Part shown: positions 46,913 to 55,513 of the stretch, in pieces | Position numbering within the stretch: the first letter of the stretch is position 1 | Layout of the letters: each line of letters opens with the position of its first letter | Assembly: GCA_902523065.1 (NCBI GenBank) | Contig: CABYXZ010000007.1 | Location: 6,802-70,801 of the forward strand | Direction: 5' to 3' | Origin: an uncultured Marinoscillum sp. | Lineage (GTDB): Bacteria; Bacteroidota; Bacteroidia; Cytophagales; MED-G16 | Length of the DNA: 64,000 bases | Translations under genes and position numbers: made by a program | Notes under the pieces: model-generated | Seen by the model: only the letters and a program-made list of their open reading frames with translations | What the model was told of the DNA's origin: nothing | Database searches by the model: none

Positions 46913-46981
46913 CTAGCAGTCACAGCATGTGCAATCATCACATGTTGAAGTGCATTCACAATCTTTGCATTCACAATTCAT
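46913..46981 (-). CDS. Candidate micro-ORF encoding a 22-aa cysteine-rich peptide (MNCECKDCECTSTCDDCTCCDC)
   Basis: My own translation; the ORF is below the track cutoff. It runs from ATG to TAG and 9 of its 22 codons are Cys. It lies between a terminator hairpin (47004-47029) and the BspA-like gene. No expression evidence is available. Confidence 0.3.
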   Translation of the reverse strand: MNCECKDCECTSTCDDCTCCDC

Positions 46982-47003
46982 AGTACTAATATATGAAAAA
47001 AGT

Positions 47004-47029
47004 ACAAAGGGTACCTCTGCACCCTTTGT
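47004..47029 (-). terminator. Rho-independent terminator downstream of the 306-aa NTF2-like gene
   Basis: Stem ACAAAGGGT / ACCCTTTGT with an 8-nt loop, followed on the minus strand by ACTTTTTTC. Confidence 0.55.
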
Positions 47030-47055
47030 TTTATTAAAATAGATAGTTTTAAAAT

Positions 47056-47976
47056 TTAATCTAATAGAGATTTGTTCCAGTAAAGAAATCTTCTTTCGAT
47101 TTTTCCTTCTTTATCAAACCAGTCAATAAATAAAACTTGCAAGACGACCTCTTTACCATCAGAATTTCTCTTCATTCCCATGTCCCACCAGGACTGAACA
47201 GCATTACTATCCCTCCAGTCGTACTCAAGGTAATCAGGGTAACCAGATTCATCTAAGTAAGTCATGGTCCAATTGGCAAAGATTTTATTATCTCTGGCCT
47301 TTATCTCATCAAAAGTCATTACATCCTCCTCGTTAATGTCATGAAATCTTGAATTCTCATGAAAGAAACTATACGCTTTCTCTGCATCACCATTTAAAAA
47401 TGCATACATAGCCTTTCTGACAGAGTTGATATTTTCGTGGCTAACATAAATAGTTCCGTTCTCCCTGTCTGACCTCGCATCACCGATCATCCTAAAATTA
47501 GATTTATTACTATACTCAATTATTGCTGTAATCTTTGTGACATCTTCATTCAACCTATAGATTCTGAGGACATTATGATCTAATTCTACACCCGTATTCT
47601 TATGTACTCCGTACACCCTAAACCAGGACTGGACCCAGTTCCCTGACTTTTTATATTCCAACATGTCAGGGTATGCACCCTCAGTATCATCAAAGGAAAC
47701 GTAGTCAAAGTAATCTCTAAACCACTTGATGTTATTTATCACATTTTGTTTTGTGCCACCCTCATCATTTTTTGTCTGGGAATTTCCGTCATACCATTTC
47801 ACATCATCGTGTAAAATTTCCTCGGCTTTCTCTATGTCTCCAGAAGCATATGCGTCATGGAAAGATGCAATAAGATCTATCCCAGGGTGCTCGTCATATA
47901 GTGTTCCGTTTTTATTTTTTTGAGCATTTAGTGAGAAAACAAATAAAAAACTCACTATGTGTATTATGTATTTCAT
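47056..47976 (-). CDS. Secreted protein with two tandem NTF2/SnoaL-like domains (function unknown)
   Basis: 306 aa with a signal peptide. The two halves share a pattern (GDxEKAxxxxHxxxxxxD ... YPDxLEY ... VQSWxxxG ... W(F/N)xxS), which indicates an internal duplication. Confidence 0.5.
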   Translation of the reverse strand: MKYIIHIVSFLFVFSLNAQKNKNGTLYDEHPGIDLIASFHDAYASGDIEKAEEILHDDVKWYDGNSQTKNDEGGTKQNVINNIKWFRDYFDYVSFDDTEGAYPDMLEYKKSGNWVQSWFRVYGVHKNTGVELDHNVLRIYRLNEDVTKITAIIEYSNKSNFRMIGDARSDRENGTIYVSHENINSVRKAMYAFLNGDAEKAYSFFHENSRFHDINEEDVMTFDEIKARDNKIFANWTMTYLDESGYPDYLEYDWRDSNAVQSWWDMGMKRNSDGKEVVLQVLFIDWFDKEGKIERRFLYWNKSLLD

Positions 47977-48017
47977 AAGTTATTAATTTAAGTATTACAG
48001 TTAATTAATTCTTTTAA

Positions 48018-49124
48018 CTAAAGAGGTACAATTCGGTATATACCATCCTTCTCGACAGCAAGATGAATATAGCCATCAGGGCTTACCTTGACATCTCTAA
48101 CTCTTCCTATTTCAGGAGCTATTTTTTCTCTATAATTTACCTTACCAAAAATATTTGTAGTTAATCTTTCAAGATATCCATAGTTTAATGATCCAACAAG
48201 TAAACTACCATTCCAACCATCGTAGACATCAGAATCTAAATATTCAAAGCAACTAGGTGCAATCGATGGCACCCAATAATAAAGAGGTTGTTCCATGCCG
48301 GTCTTAGCTGTTAGGTCAGTAAATATTGTACTATCATAATTTATCCCATACGATATAACTGGCCACCCATAATTTTTTAATGGTTTAATTATATTAATTT
48401 CATCTCCTCCCCTTGGACCATGCTCATTTGTCCAGATCTCATCTGTTTCAGGATGATAGAAAATTCCTTGTGGGTTTCTGTGCCCATAAGAATATATTGC
48501 AGGGTTGATACCTATTTTATCTACATATGGGTTGTCCGATGGAATACTTCCGTCATCGTTAATCCTAAAAACTTTTCCCCCATCTCGATAGAGATCCTGT
48601 GGATTTATATCCCTACTCCCCCTATCACCGATACCAAAGTAGAGGTGACCTGCCTTGTCAAATGCAATTCTTGAACCCCAGTGATAACCTTTTTCTGAAC
48701 TCTGTTTACTAACAAAAATATCTTCAAGGTCTACCAGTGAATTTCCATTGTACTTTGCTCTTGCAACCGTAGTATTACCACCATTCTCATCTAGTTTCTT
48801 AGCATAGGTAATATAAAGGGTATTATTATCTTGAAAGTTGGGGTGTAACTGAATATCCATAAGACCACCCTGTCTGTTAAGATAAATTTCCGGGGCACCT
48901 TCTATCTCATTTTTTTCAGAGCCGTTGTAGGTGTAGATTTGACCCTCTTTATCAGTAAAAATTATATTCTCATTGTCAAGAAATTCAATACTCCATATTA
49001 TACCGTCGTGATCAACCACTTTCTCTAACTCGTAAGATAATTGACTAGACTCAGTAATGTCAACTTTAGAATTACAAGACCCAAGAAGGAAACAAAACGA
49101 CATTATAAATAAAAATATTCTCAT
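48018..49124 (-). CDS. PQQ-dependent soluble sugar (aldose/sorbosone) dehydrogenase, YliI-like
   Basis: 368 aa with a lipoprotein-like signal (LGSC). Beta-propeller motifs are GGLMDIQLHP, HWGSRIAF and YSYGHRNPQGIFYHPETDEIWTNEHGPRGGDEIN. Confidence 0.85.
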   Translation of the reverse strand: MRIFLFIMSFCFLLGSCNSKVDITESSQLSYELEKVVDHDGIIWSIEFLDNENIIFTDKEGQIYTYNGSEKNEIEGAPEIYLNRQGGLMDIQLHPNFQDNNTLYITYAKKLDENGGNTTVARAKYNGNSLVDLEDIFVSKQSSEKGYHWGSRIAFDKAGHLYFGIGDRGSRDINPQDLYRDGGKVFRINDDGSIPSDNPYVDKIGINPAIYSYGHRNPQGIFYHPETDEIWTNEHGPRGGDEINIIKPLKNYGWPVISYGINYDSTIFTDLTAKTGMEQPLYYWVPSIAPSCFEYLDSDVYDGWNGSLLVGSLNYGYLERLTTNIFGKVNYREKIAPEIGRVRDVKVSPDGYIHLAVEKDGIYRIVPL

Positions 49125-49129
49125 AAAAA

Positions 49130-50344
49130 TTAAAACTTTAATAAACTGTTTTTTTCTATTGGTTTAGAATAAAAACCAATATAGGAAATATATAATAAAC
49201 CCAAAAATATTAGAAGCATCCCGTACCTTAATTCTGAGATTTGAGAGATGAAAGCAATTAAAAAAGGAAAAATTGCTCCACCAATAATTCCAGTTAGTAA
49301 AATTCCTGTGAAAGTGCCATGATTTTTAGTAACTGAGTTTAGACCTAGGGATATAATAAGAGACCATATACCAGAAATTGAAAAACCCATCAACTTAAAT
49401 GATAATACTGAAACTTCGAGATTGCCAAAGAGAGCACATAGAATTAATATAGATGAAGCGAGGGAATAAATATGTAATAGAACTTTACCATCTACAGTCT
49501 TTATAAGAATTAATGTTACTAATGTTCCTAAAGTCAGATTACCCCAGAAGGCTGATATGACTTCTGTTCCCACCACATTTGGATCCAAACCGTGGTACTG
49601 GTATAGGAATTGAGATACCCAGTTATTAATCCCTTGTTCAACACCGACATAACAGAAAATTCCAAAGAAAAATATGTAGGAATTCCTTTCTCTTAAAAAG
49701 TCATAAAAGGTCGAACCAAATTTAAATTTTTCTCCCTCACTAAAAGTAATACTTGGCAGTTTGACTACATAAACAATTACAGAAACTAAGGCAAGTAGAA
49801 GAAGAAACGAAAGATAGATTAATACCCACGGACTATCAGCAAAAAAAGAATAGGCATTTACCTCACTTGACTGGACAATAGATTTATAAAATATTGGACT
49901 TAAAAAAGATGCAAAACCAAATACCAACTGTCCGATCACAGAAAAGAATGCAAAATTTTGGGGACTTACAGACACTCTTAGTAATGGGTTTATGACTACT
50001 TGTAAAATCGCCATGCCCGTTCCAATTAAAAAGAAAGAAAATAATAGACTCGTGTAGGTCTTAAATATGATAATAGTTAGAGCCCCAACGAAAGACAATG
50101 CAAAAGCAAAAAAAATCATTTGTTTGTTTCCTGTCTTCTCAAGGATAATTCCAGAAGGAATAGAAAATAACCCATATGCAATGAAAAAAGATAGTGGCAG
50201 AAAAGAAGCTAGCACAAAACTTAAATCAAAGGATTGAATAAAATCTGGTACGAGAGGCCCTATAATATTTGTTATAAATGAAATAACAAAAAAAATCATC
50301 ATTACTATCAGGACTGATAAGTAATCTATACTTGATGTGTTCAT
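49130..50344 (-). CDS. MFS sugar transporter (glucose/galactose/fucose permease-like)
   Basis: About 12 TM helices. The start MNTSSIDYL at 50344 lies 1 nt after the GH16 stop, whereas the track start at 50365 would overlap GH16 by 20 nt. Confidence 0.8.
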   Translation of the reverse strand: MNTSSIDYLSVLIVMMIFFVISFITNIIGPLVPDFIQSFDLSFVLASFLPLSFFIAYGLFSIPSGIILEKTGNKQMIFFAFALSFVGALTIIIFKTYTSLLFSFFLIGTGMAILQVVINPLLRVSVSPQNFAFFSVIGQLVFGFASFLSPIFYKSIVQSSEVNAYSFFADSPWVLIYLSFLLLLALVSVIVYVVKLPSITFSEGEKFKFGSTFYDFLRERNSYIFFFGIFCYVGVEQGINNWVSQFLYQYHGLDPNVVGTEVISAFWGNLTLGTLVTLILIKTVDGKVLLHIYSLASSILILCALFGNLEVSVLSFKLMGFSISGIWSLIISLGLNSVTKNHGTFTGILLTGIIGGAIFPFLIAFISQISELRYGMLLIFLGLLYISYIGFYSKPIEKNSLLKF

Positions 50345-50345
50345 T

Positions 50346-51494
50346 TTATTTCTTCTGAAAAACACGAACGTAATCCAACTCCATTATATCATAGGTATAA
50401 TCAGGATTTATGTTTCCTCCTAAATTCCCACCCATAGCAATATTTAAGAGAATATAATGAGGGTTATCAAATGGTACGTCATTATTGTTATTCATAACAA
50501 CATATACTTTATTGTCAACCATTATTTTTATTTGGTCTTTTGTCCACTCCATTGAGTAGATACGATATACCGAAGATGAGTTCAGGTCAGTAGTTAAACC
50601 ATAAGATGCATAATCACCACTGGGTGTTGCCCAATGAAAAGTTCCATACAATTTTTTCTTATCCCAACCATTCTGCTCCATGATATCTATCTCACCACAC
50701 CGTGGCCAACCCACACTTCCGTACTGACTTTTATGAAAATTTCCCAACTCGTTTATGTTGGCGCCTAGAGTCCAGATTGCAGGCCAGGTACCCTCTGACT
50801 GGGGAAGTTTAGCTCTCACATCAACCCTTCCGTATTCAAATACGAATTTTGAATTAAGTCTCGCTGACGTATAATCCCTCCCAACTCCGTCGAAAACATA
50901 GTTTTCTTTTATAGATGCAATCTTTAATGAACCGTTATCAACATAAGAGTTTTTTATATCGTCTGTATAATGTTGCAACTCACCATTCCACCAACCACCA
51001 TTTGGATTTGGTGGTAAAATTTGATGGTGCCAAAGTTCAGGATCAGGTTTTCCCTGGTAATTAAACTCATCACCCCACACCTGGACATAGGACTGATCAA
51101 ATTCATTGATGACAAGGCAACCACTCTCATTAACATAAGTACCCTCTTCTGTGTCAGGGCATAAGTCATTAACATCAGGAACACCGTCTTTATCAGAATC
51201 AAGCAAGACAACGTTGGTCTCCTGAAATTCTGCTACAATATTTAAATCGGAACTTGCCACAATATCAATTGGATTATTGGTACCATCTAAGTCCCCTGAC
51301 CACCGAACAAATTCGTATGGAGAATTACTTACTGCCTCTATCTTTATATTAGTTCCTAACTCAACGTTATTATTACCATCATAAACAATACTGCCAGCAT
51401 TTTCAGGTATAACAAAAAAAGATAAGCTTACGAGCTCCTCATCAGAACACGATAAGAAAAATAAAATGAGGACAAGAGTAATCTTATTTTTCAA
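50346..51494 (-). CDS. GH16 beta-glucanase (laminarinase-like) lipoprotein with an N-terminal module and a thrombospondin-type-3-like Ca-binding repeat
   Basis: 382 aa with a TTG start and lipobox FLSC. It carries DSDKDGVPDVNDLCPDT and the GH16 catalytic motif GEIDIMEQ (ExDxxE), plus WPAIWTLG. Confidence 0.85.
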   Translation of the reverse strand: MKNKITLVLILFFLSCSDEELVSLSFFVIPENAGSIVYDGNNNVELGTNIKIEAVSNSPYEFVRWSGDLDGTNNPIDIVASSDLNIVAEFQETNVVLLDSDKDGVPDVNDLCPDTEEGTYVNESGCLVINEFDQSYVQVWGDEFNYQGKPDPELWHHQILPPNPNGGWWNGELQHYTDDIKNSYVDNGSLKIASIKENYVFDGVGRDYTSARLNSKFVFEYGRVDVRAKLPQSEGTWPAIWTLGANINELGNFHKSQYGSVGWPRCGEIDIMEQNGWDKKKLYGTFHWATPSGDYASYGLTTDLNSSSVYRIYSMEWTKDQIKIMVDNKVYVVMNNNNDVPFDNPHYILLNIAMGGNLGGNINPDYTYDIMELDYVRVFQKK

Positions 51495-51713
51495 ATTCCT
51501 GTTTAGTTAGTTTGATCCGTAAATCTATAAAAAAGTAAAGATTAGATCTATTAAGAATACATTTTTAACAAAAAAACAAGAAAATACTATAATTAAATTT
51601 CATTATTTGTAAAATAATAATATAAAATTATAAATAATGTAAATATGATACTATAAATTAAAATTATTAAATAATTATACTCTATTTATTAAAAAATATA
51701 TAATTTTGATTAT

Positions 51714-51790
51714 TCATTTTATAGTTTGGTTTAACACTTCAAACTGGTTAGTTAGTTAGTTAATGCCCCTTGGTCGGGGCATTTTTCTTT
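51714..51790 (+). ncRNA. Candidate small RNA or 5' leader: -7 box, stem-loop, (GUUA)4 linker and an intrinsic terminator
   Basis: TAATTTTG at 51701-51708 matches TAnnTTTG. Stem-loop 1 is AGTTTG / CAAACT (51723-51728 / 51740-51745). The linker is (GTTA)x4 at 51747-51762. A GC-rich hairpin AATGCCCC / GGGGCATT (51762-51769 / 51776-51783) is followed by a T-run to 51790. No ORF ends here. The 5' end is a guess. Confidence 0.3.
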
Positions 51791-51830
51791 TAATTTTATT
51801 CTTATATATTTGCCGCAAATTTTTAAAGAA

Positions 51831-52406
51831 ATGTATTTTGATATAAAAGAATTTATCTCCGCGACCATGATTTTATTTGCAATAATTGATGTGGTTGGTA
51901 ATATCCCATTGATAGTGTTACTAAGAGAAAAATTTAAGGTAATAGAATCGGGTAAGGCTACATTAGTATCTCTTATAATAATGGTAACTTTCCTTTACGT
52001 AGGAGAAATAATTTTACAGCTTCTAGGTGTAGATATAAATTCTTTTGCAGTTGCAGGGTCTATCATAATTCTTTTTTTAGCTACAGAAATGATTCTAGGT
52101 ATAAAACTATATAAGGATAATAACCCAAAAACAGCATCCATTGTTCCTATTGCATTTCCTCTCATTGCCGGCCCTGGTACTTTAACAACTTTAATTTCTA
52201 TAAAGTCTGAGTTTAACGACTTAAATATAATCTTGGCAATAATTGTAAATATGGTTCTCGTCTATATTGTCTTGAAATCTTCTGAAAAAATAGAAAAAAT
52301 TATCGGAGCTCAAGGGATAAATATTCTAAGGAAAGTATTTGGTATTATCCTTCTGGCTATAGGTATAAAACTATTTACAACAAATATTAAGTTAATATTC
52401 TCTTAA
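51831..52406 (+). CDS. MarC-family (UPF0056) integral membrane protein
   Basis: The track ORF starts at TTG 51810. ATG at 51831 gives MYFDIKEFISATMILFAIIDVVGNIPL. It has six TM segments and the IAFPLIAGPGTLTT motif typical of MarC/NAAT. Confidence 0.8.
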   Translation: MYFDIKEFISATMILFAIIDVVGNIPLIVLLREKFKVIESGKATLVSLIIMVTFLYVGEIILQLLGVDINSFAVAGSIIILFLATEMILGIKLYKDNNPKTASIVPIAFPLIAGPGTLTTLISIKSEFNDLNIILAIIVNMVLVYIVLKSSEKIEKIIGAQGINILRKVFGIILLAIGIKLFTTNIKLIFS

Positions 52407-53733
52407 GAGTTGTCTGAATTCTCTCAAGTCTCAAACTCCTAGATCCCTTTACTAATACATCAACATTCTGAAAGCGCAATTTAGCTATTGAATCATGCAT
52501 TTCATCATACGTCTTAAACCACCTTGAATTTTTATTCATTTTATAGGCATCCTCCATTTTATCTCCTACAAAAAAACACTCTGACAATTTTAATTTAGAG
52601 GTTAACTTCCCTACCTCAGAATGCTCATGTTTTGATATATCTCCGAGCTCATTCATATCTCCTAGAATAAACACCTTATCATTATCAGAAAAGTTCTGAA
52701 CAGATTCAATTGCATTTTTCATAGACTGAGGGTTAGCATTGTAAGCATCAAGTATGATGTTTGATCCCGCTACCTTAATTACCTGAGATCTATTATTAGA
52801 GGGCATATTCCAGATACAAATTTTGTCTGCAGATTCTAGCTCATCAATCTTAAAAAACTTTGCTGCAGAGATAGCCATCAAAATATTTTCAAAGTTATAC
52901 CTACCAAATAATTTTGATTTTTTTTCCTCATACAATCCAGAGTTTAAATTTTTAACCATGAAAAAAATATTTGGCTCAAATAATTTTAAGCCATCCTTTG
53001 ACTTGGAAATTTTTACGTCGATATTAGATTTGTCTCCCTCTATAAGTATTGGGTTATCAAACCTTTTTATAAAATTAACAAGAGTACTATCATAATTATT
53101 GATGATAATTTGACCATTATTTTTATTTAAGTAATCAAAAAGTTCTGACTTACCTCTGACTACTCCTTCAAATGATTTAAAACCCTTGATATGAGCTTTT
53201 GAAATATTGGTTATGAGACCACACGAAGGTTTTGCTATCTGACATAATTCAGCAATTTCTCCAACCGAACTAGCTCCCATCTCAATTATACCAATTTCAT
53301 GAGAGTTATTAATCTTTAATATACTTAGGGGGACTCCTATGTGGTTATTGAAGTTACCTTCTGTGGCATAAACATTATATTTTACAGATAGAGCAACTTC
53401 TAATAAATTTTTTGTTGTTGTCTTTCCATTGGAACCCGTGATACCCACAATGGGAATATTCAATTTATCTCTATGATATTTTGCTAGCTCTTGTAGAGTA
53501 TCTAGAGAGTCTTCAACTAGTAAAAATTTTTCAGATTTTTTAGCAAACTCCGGATTGTCTATCACACATAAACTTGCACCTTTATTGAGCGCATTTTCAG
53601 CATAGTCATTGCCATCAAAATTATCTCCACTTAGGCAGAAAAATATATTATCTTTTTTTATCGTCCTGCTGTCAGTTGAAATGCCAGAACTCTCTTTAAA
53701 CTTTTGGTAAAGATCTTTTATCTGTGGCTGCAT
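52387..53733 (-). CDS. murF: UDP-N-acetylmuramoyl-tripeptide--D-alanyl-D-alanine ligase
   Basis: 448 aa with the Mur ligase P-loop GITGSNGKTTTK. The overall length and C-terminal domain fit MurF. Confidence 0.88.
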   Translation of the reverse strand: MQPQIKDLYQKFKESSGISTDSRTIKKDNIFFCLSGDNFDGNDYAENALNKGASLCVIDNPEFAKKSEKFLLVEDSLDTLQELAKYHRDKLNIPIVGITGSNGKTTTKNLLEVALSVKYNVYATEGNFNNHIGVPLSILKINNSHEIGIIEMGASSVGEIAELCQIAKPSCGLITNISKAHIKGFKSFEGVVRGKSELFDYLNKNNGQIIINNYDSTLVNFIKRFDNPILIEGDKSNIDVKISKSKDGLKLFEPNIFFMVKNLNSGLYEEKKSKLFGRYNFENILMAISAAKFFKIDELESADKICIWNMPSNNRSQVIKVAGSNIILDAYNANPQSMKNAIESVQNFSDNDKVFILGDMNELGDISKHEHSEVGKLTSKLKLSECFFVGDKMEDAYKMNKNSRWFKTYDEMHDSIAKLRFQNVDVLVKGSRSLRLERIQTTLKRILT

Positions 53734-54275
53734 TATTTTTTTACATTATAGTTAACATCCACCTTTCCTCTTAAAATTTCTGATAATTTATTTTTAAGAA
53801 GTTTCCTTTTTAGGGAAGGCAAATAGTCAACAAATAATTTACCATTAATGTGATCAAACTCGTGTTGGATGACTCTAGCTCTCATACCATCGTACTCCTT
53901 ATTTTTTTTGTTCCATTCCTCATCAAAATACGTAATATGAATGTTGGACTTTCTTGAAACACCACCCCTCACGGCTGGTATACTTAGACAGCCCTCCTCA
54001 AACTCCCAAGTATCGCCAGTCTCAGACTCAATAGTTGGATTAATAAACACTTCCTTAAAATCTTTCATCTCCTCATCCTCAAGCATAGAACCGTCAACAA
54101 CAAAAATTCTTTTTGAAATACCAATTTGAGGTGCGGCAAGACCAATCCCATCAGCGTTATGCATTGTCTCAAACATATCCTCTGAAAGTTTTTTTACATC
54201 AACTTCACCTTTAGCAATTTCTACAGCTCTTTCTCTAAGAACTGAATTTCCATATAATACAATTGGATATATCAT
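53733..54275 (-). CDS. def: Peptide deformylase
   Basis: 180 aa with the three PDF motifs GIGLAAPQIG, EGCLS and QHEFDH. Confidence 0.93.
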   Translation of the reverse strand: MIYPIVLYGNSVLRERAVEIAKGEVDVKKLSEDMFETMHNADGIGLAAPQIGISKRIFVVDGSMLEDEEMKDFKEVFINPTIESETGDTWEFEEGCLSIPAVRGGVSRKSNIHITYFDEEWNKKNKEYDGMRARVIQHEFDHINGKLFVDYLPSLKRKLLKNKLSEILRGKVDVNYNVKK

Positions 54276-54685
54276 GAGTTTCTTTGTAAGTAAGATTGTA
54301 ATATAATACTTGCACTAACTTTATCAATATTACTTTTTTTTCTTCTATATTTTTTATTCTTACCGAGAAAAATCAAAGAATCTCTAGCAATTTTAGATGT
54401 AAATCTCTCGTCATAGGTCTCAATATCAATTTGTTTATATTTCTCTCTTAATTTCTCTATAAAATCGGTTGTTATTTTGGTAGCATCAGTTTCTAAGCCC
54501 TTTAGATTAGTAGGTAATCCAACGAGAAAAAGATCCACATTATTCGTGTCAGTATAACTATCGATAAAATCAAAAATTTTATCTGTGTCGTAAGTCTCTA
54601 GTGGGGATGAAATTATTCTTTGCTCATCGGTGACTGCAATGCCAACTCTTTTAGCACCGTAGTCAAAACAAAGAATTCTGGCCAT
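54272..54685 (-). CDS. ruvX: Holliday-junction resolvase-like / pre-16S rRNA nuclease YqgF
   Basis: 137 aa. The N-terminus ILCFDYGAKRVGIAVTD and DERFTS are typical of YqgF/RuvX. Confidence 0.88.
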   Translation of the reverse strand: MARILCFDYGAKRVGIAVTDEQRIISSPLETYDTDKIFDFIDSYTDTNNVDLFLVGLPTNLKGLETDATKITTDFIEKLREKYKQIDIETYDERFTSKIARDSLIFLGKNKKYRRKKSNIDKVSASIILQSYLQRNS

Positions 54686-55446
54686 TAATTAAGAAATGAT
54701 ATATTTCTTATCTTTTCTGTTATGCCTTCCTCTAATTCAACTGCTCTAGGGAAAAGAATATTATTCTCTATATCGGAATGTATCTCTAACTCCTGATCAA
54801 AATCTTTAAGTTCTTGAAATATTACTTTGAGATGTAAATTTTCAATATTCTCTATTGAGTAATTCTTGGTCAGACCTCTTATTCCACTCATCTCTGAGTC
54901 TTCGTTCATATGCTCATCAGCTATTTCCTTTAATGAAATATTTTTAAGGGCAAAGAACAGTTTTGCATGGTCAGTATTTTTGACTTTTGTTCTTGATAAA
55001 TTTTGAATGTGGGTAAATATAAATTTTTCTTCCTCAAGAATATGATCCACAAAATCTTCATAAAAAAGCGGGAAAATAAATTTAAGATCCTTGAAGAAAG
55101 GATAAAGTTTGTCTTCAACATCTAATTTCGATATTAAACCTTTGATGTATGGTAATTTATTCTTTATGAAGTAACTATGATTATGCTTTAGGTATTCGAT
55201 TACCAGATTTATGGGTGATGTTTTCAGAGTTTCAAAATCTAAATCAAAAGACTCATCTAAAGATAGCCTGTACCCCAATAATGAGTTCTTATCTACACCC
55301 TTAATTTGGCAAACTTGATTGATAGTTAATTCTGGGTACTGATAAAAGTTTATACCGAACGAGTCGAGAACTTTAGCATACCTAAAGTCTTTGTCTACTA
55401 GATTATAAATTCTTTGATTTTCCACGTTTTCTGTCTTTAAAAACAT
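54685..55446 (-). CDS. Hypothetical protein, possibly a hemerythrin-like / ScdA-like di-iron protein
   Basis: 253 aa. It has H/E-rich helix motifs (DHILEEEKFIFTHI; EIHSDIENNILFP) reminiscent of HHE cation-binding hemerythrin domains. The call is weak. Confidence 0.35.
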   Translation of the reverse strand: MFLKTENVENQRIYNLVDKDFRYAKVLDSFGINFYQYPELTINQVCQIKGVDKNSLLGYRLSLDESFDLDFETLKTSPINLVIEYLKHNHSYFIKNKLPYIKGLISKLDVEDKLYPFFKDLKFIFPLFYEDFVDHILEEEKFIFTHIQNLSRTKVKNTDHAKLFFALKNISLKEIADEHMNEDSEMSGIRGLTKNYSIENIENLHLKVIFQELKDFDQELEIHSDIENNILFPRAVELEEGITEKIRNISFLN

Positions 55447-55513
55447 GGAATCAAAACTATTAATTTATATTGATTTTATAAAACAAATATTAAGAAAAAA
55501 TGATTAGGATAAA

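Noticed and set aside
51540-51700. AT-rich non-coding stretch inspected for a CRISPR array, tandem repeats or a degraded gene
   Set aside because: I found no regularly spaced direct repeats and no long ORF remnants in either strand. It looks like simple AT-rich spacer or promoter DNA upstream of the candidate RNA.
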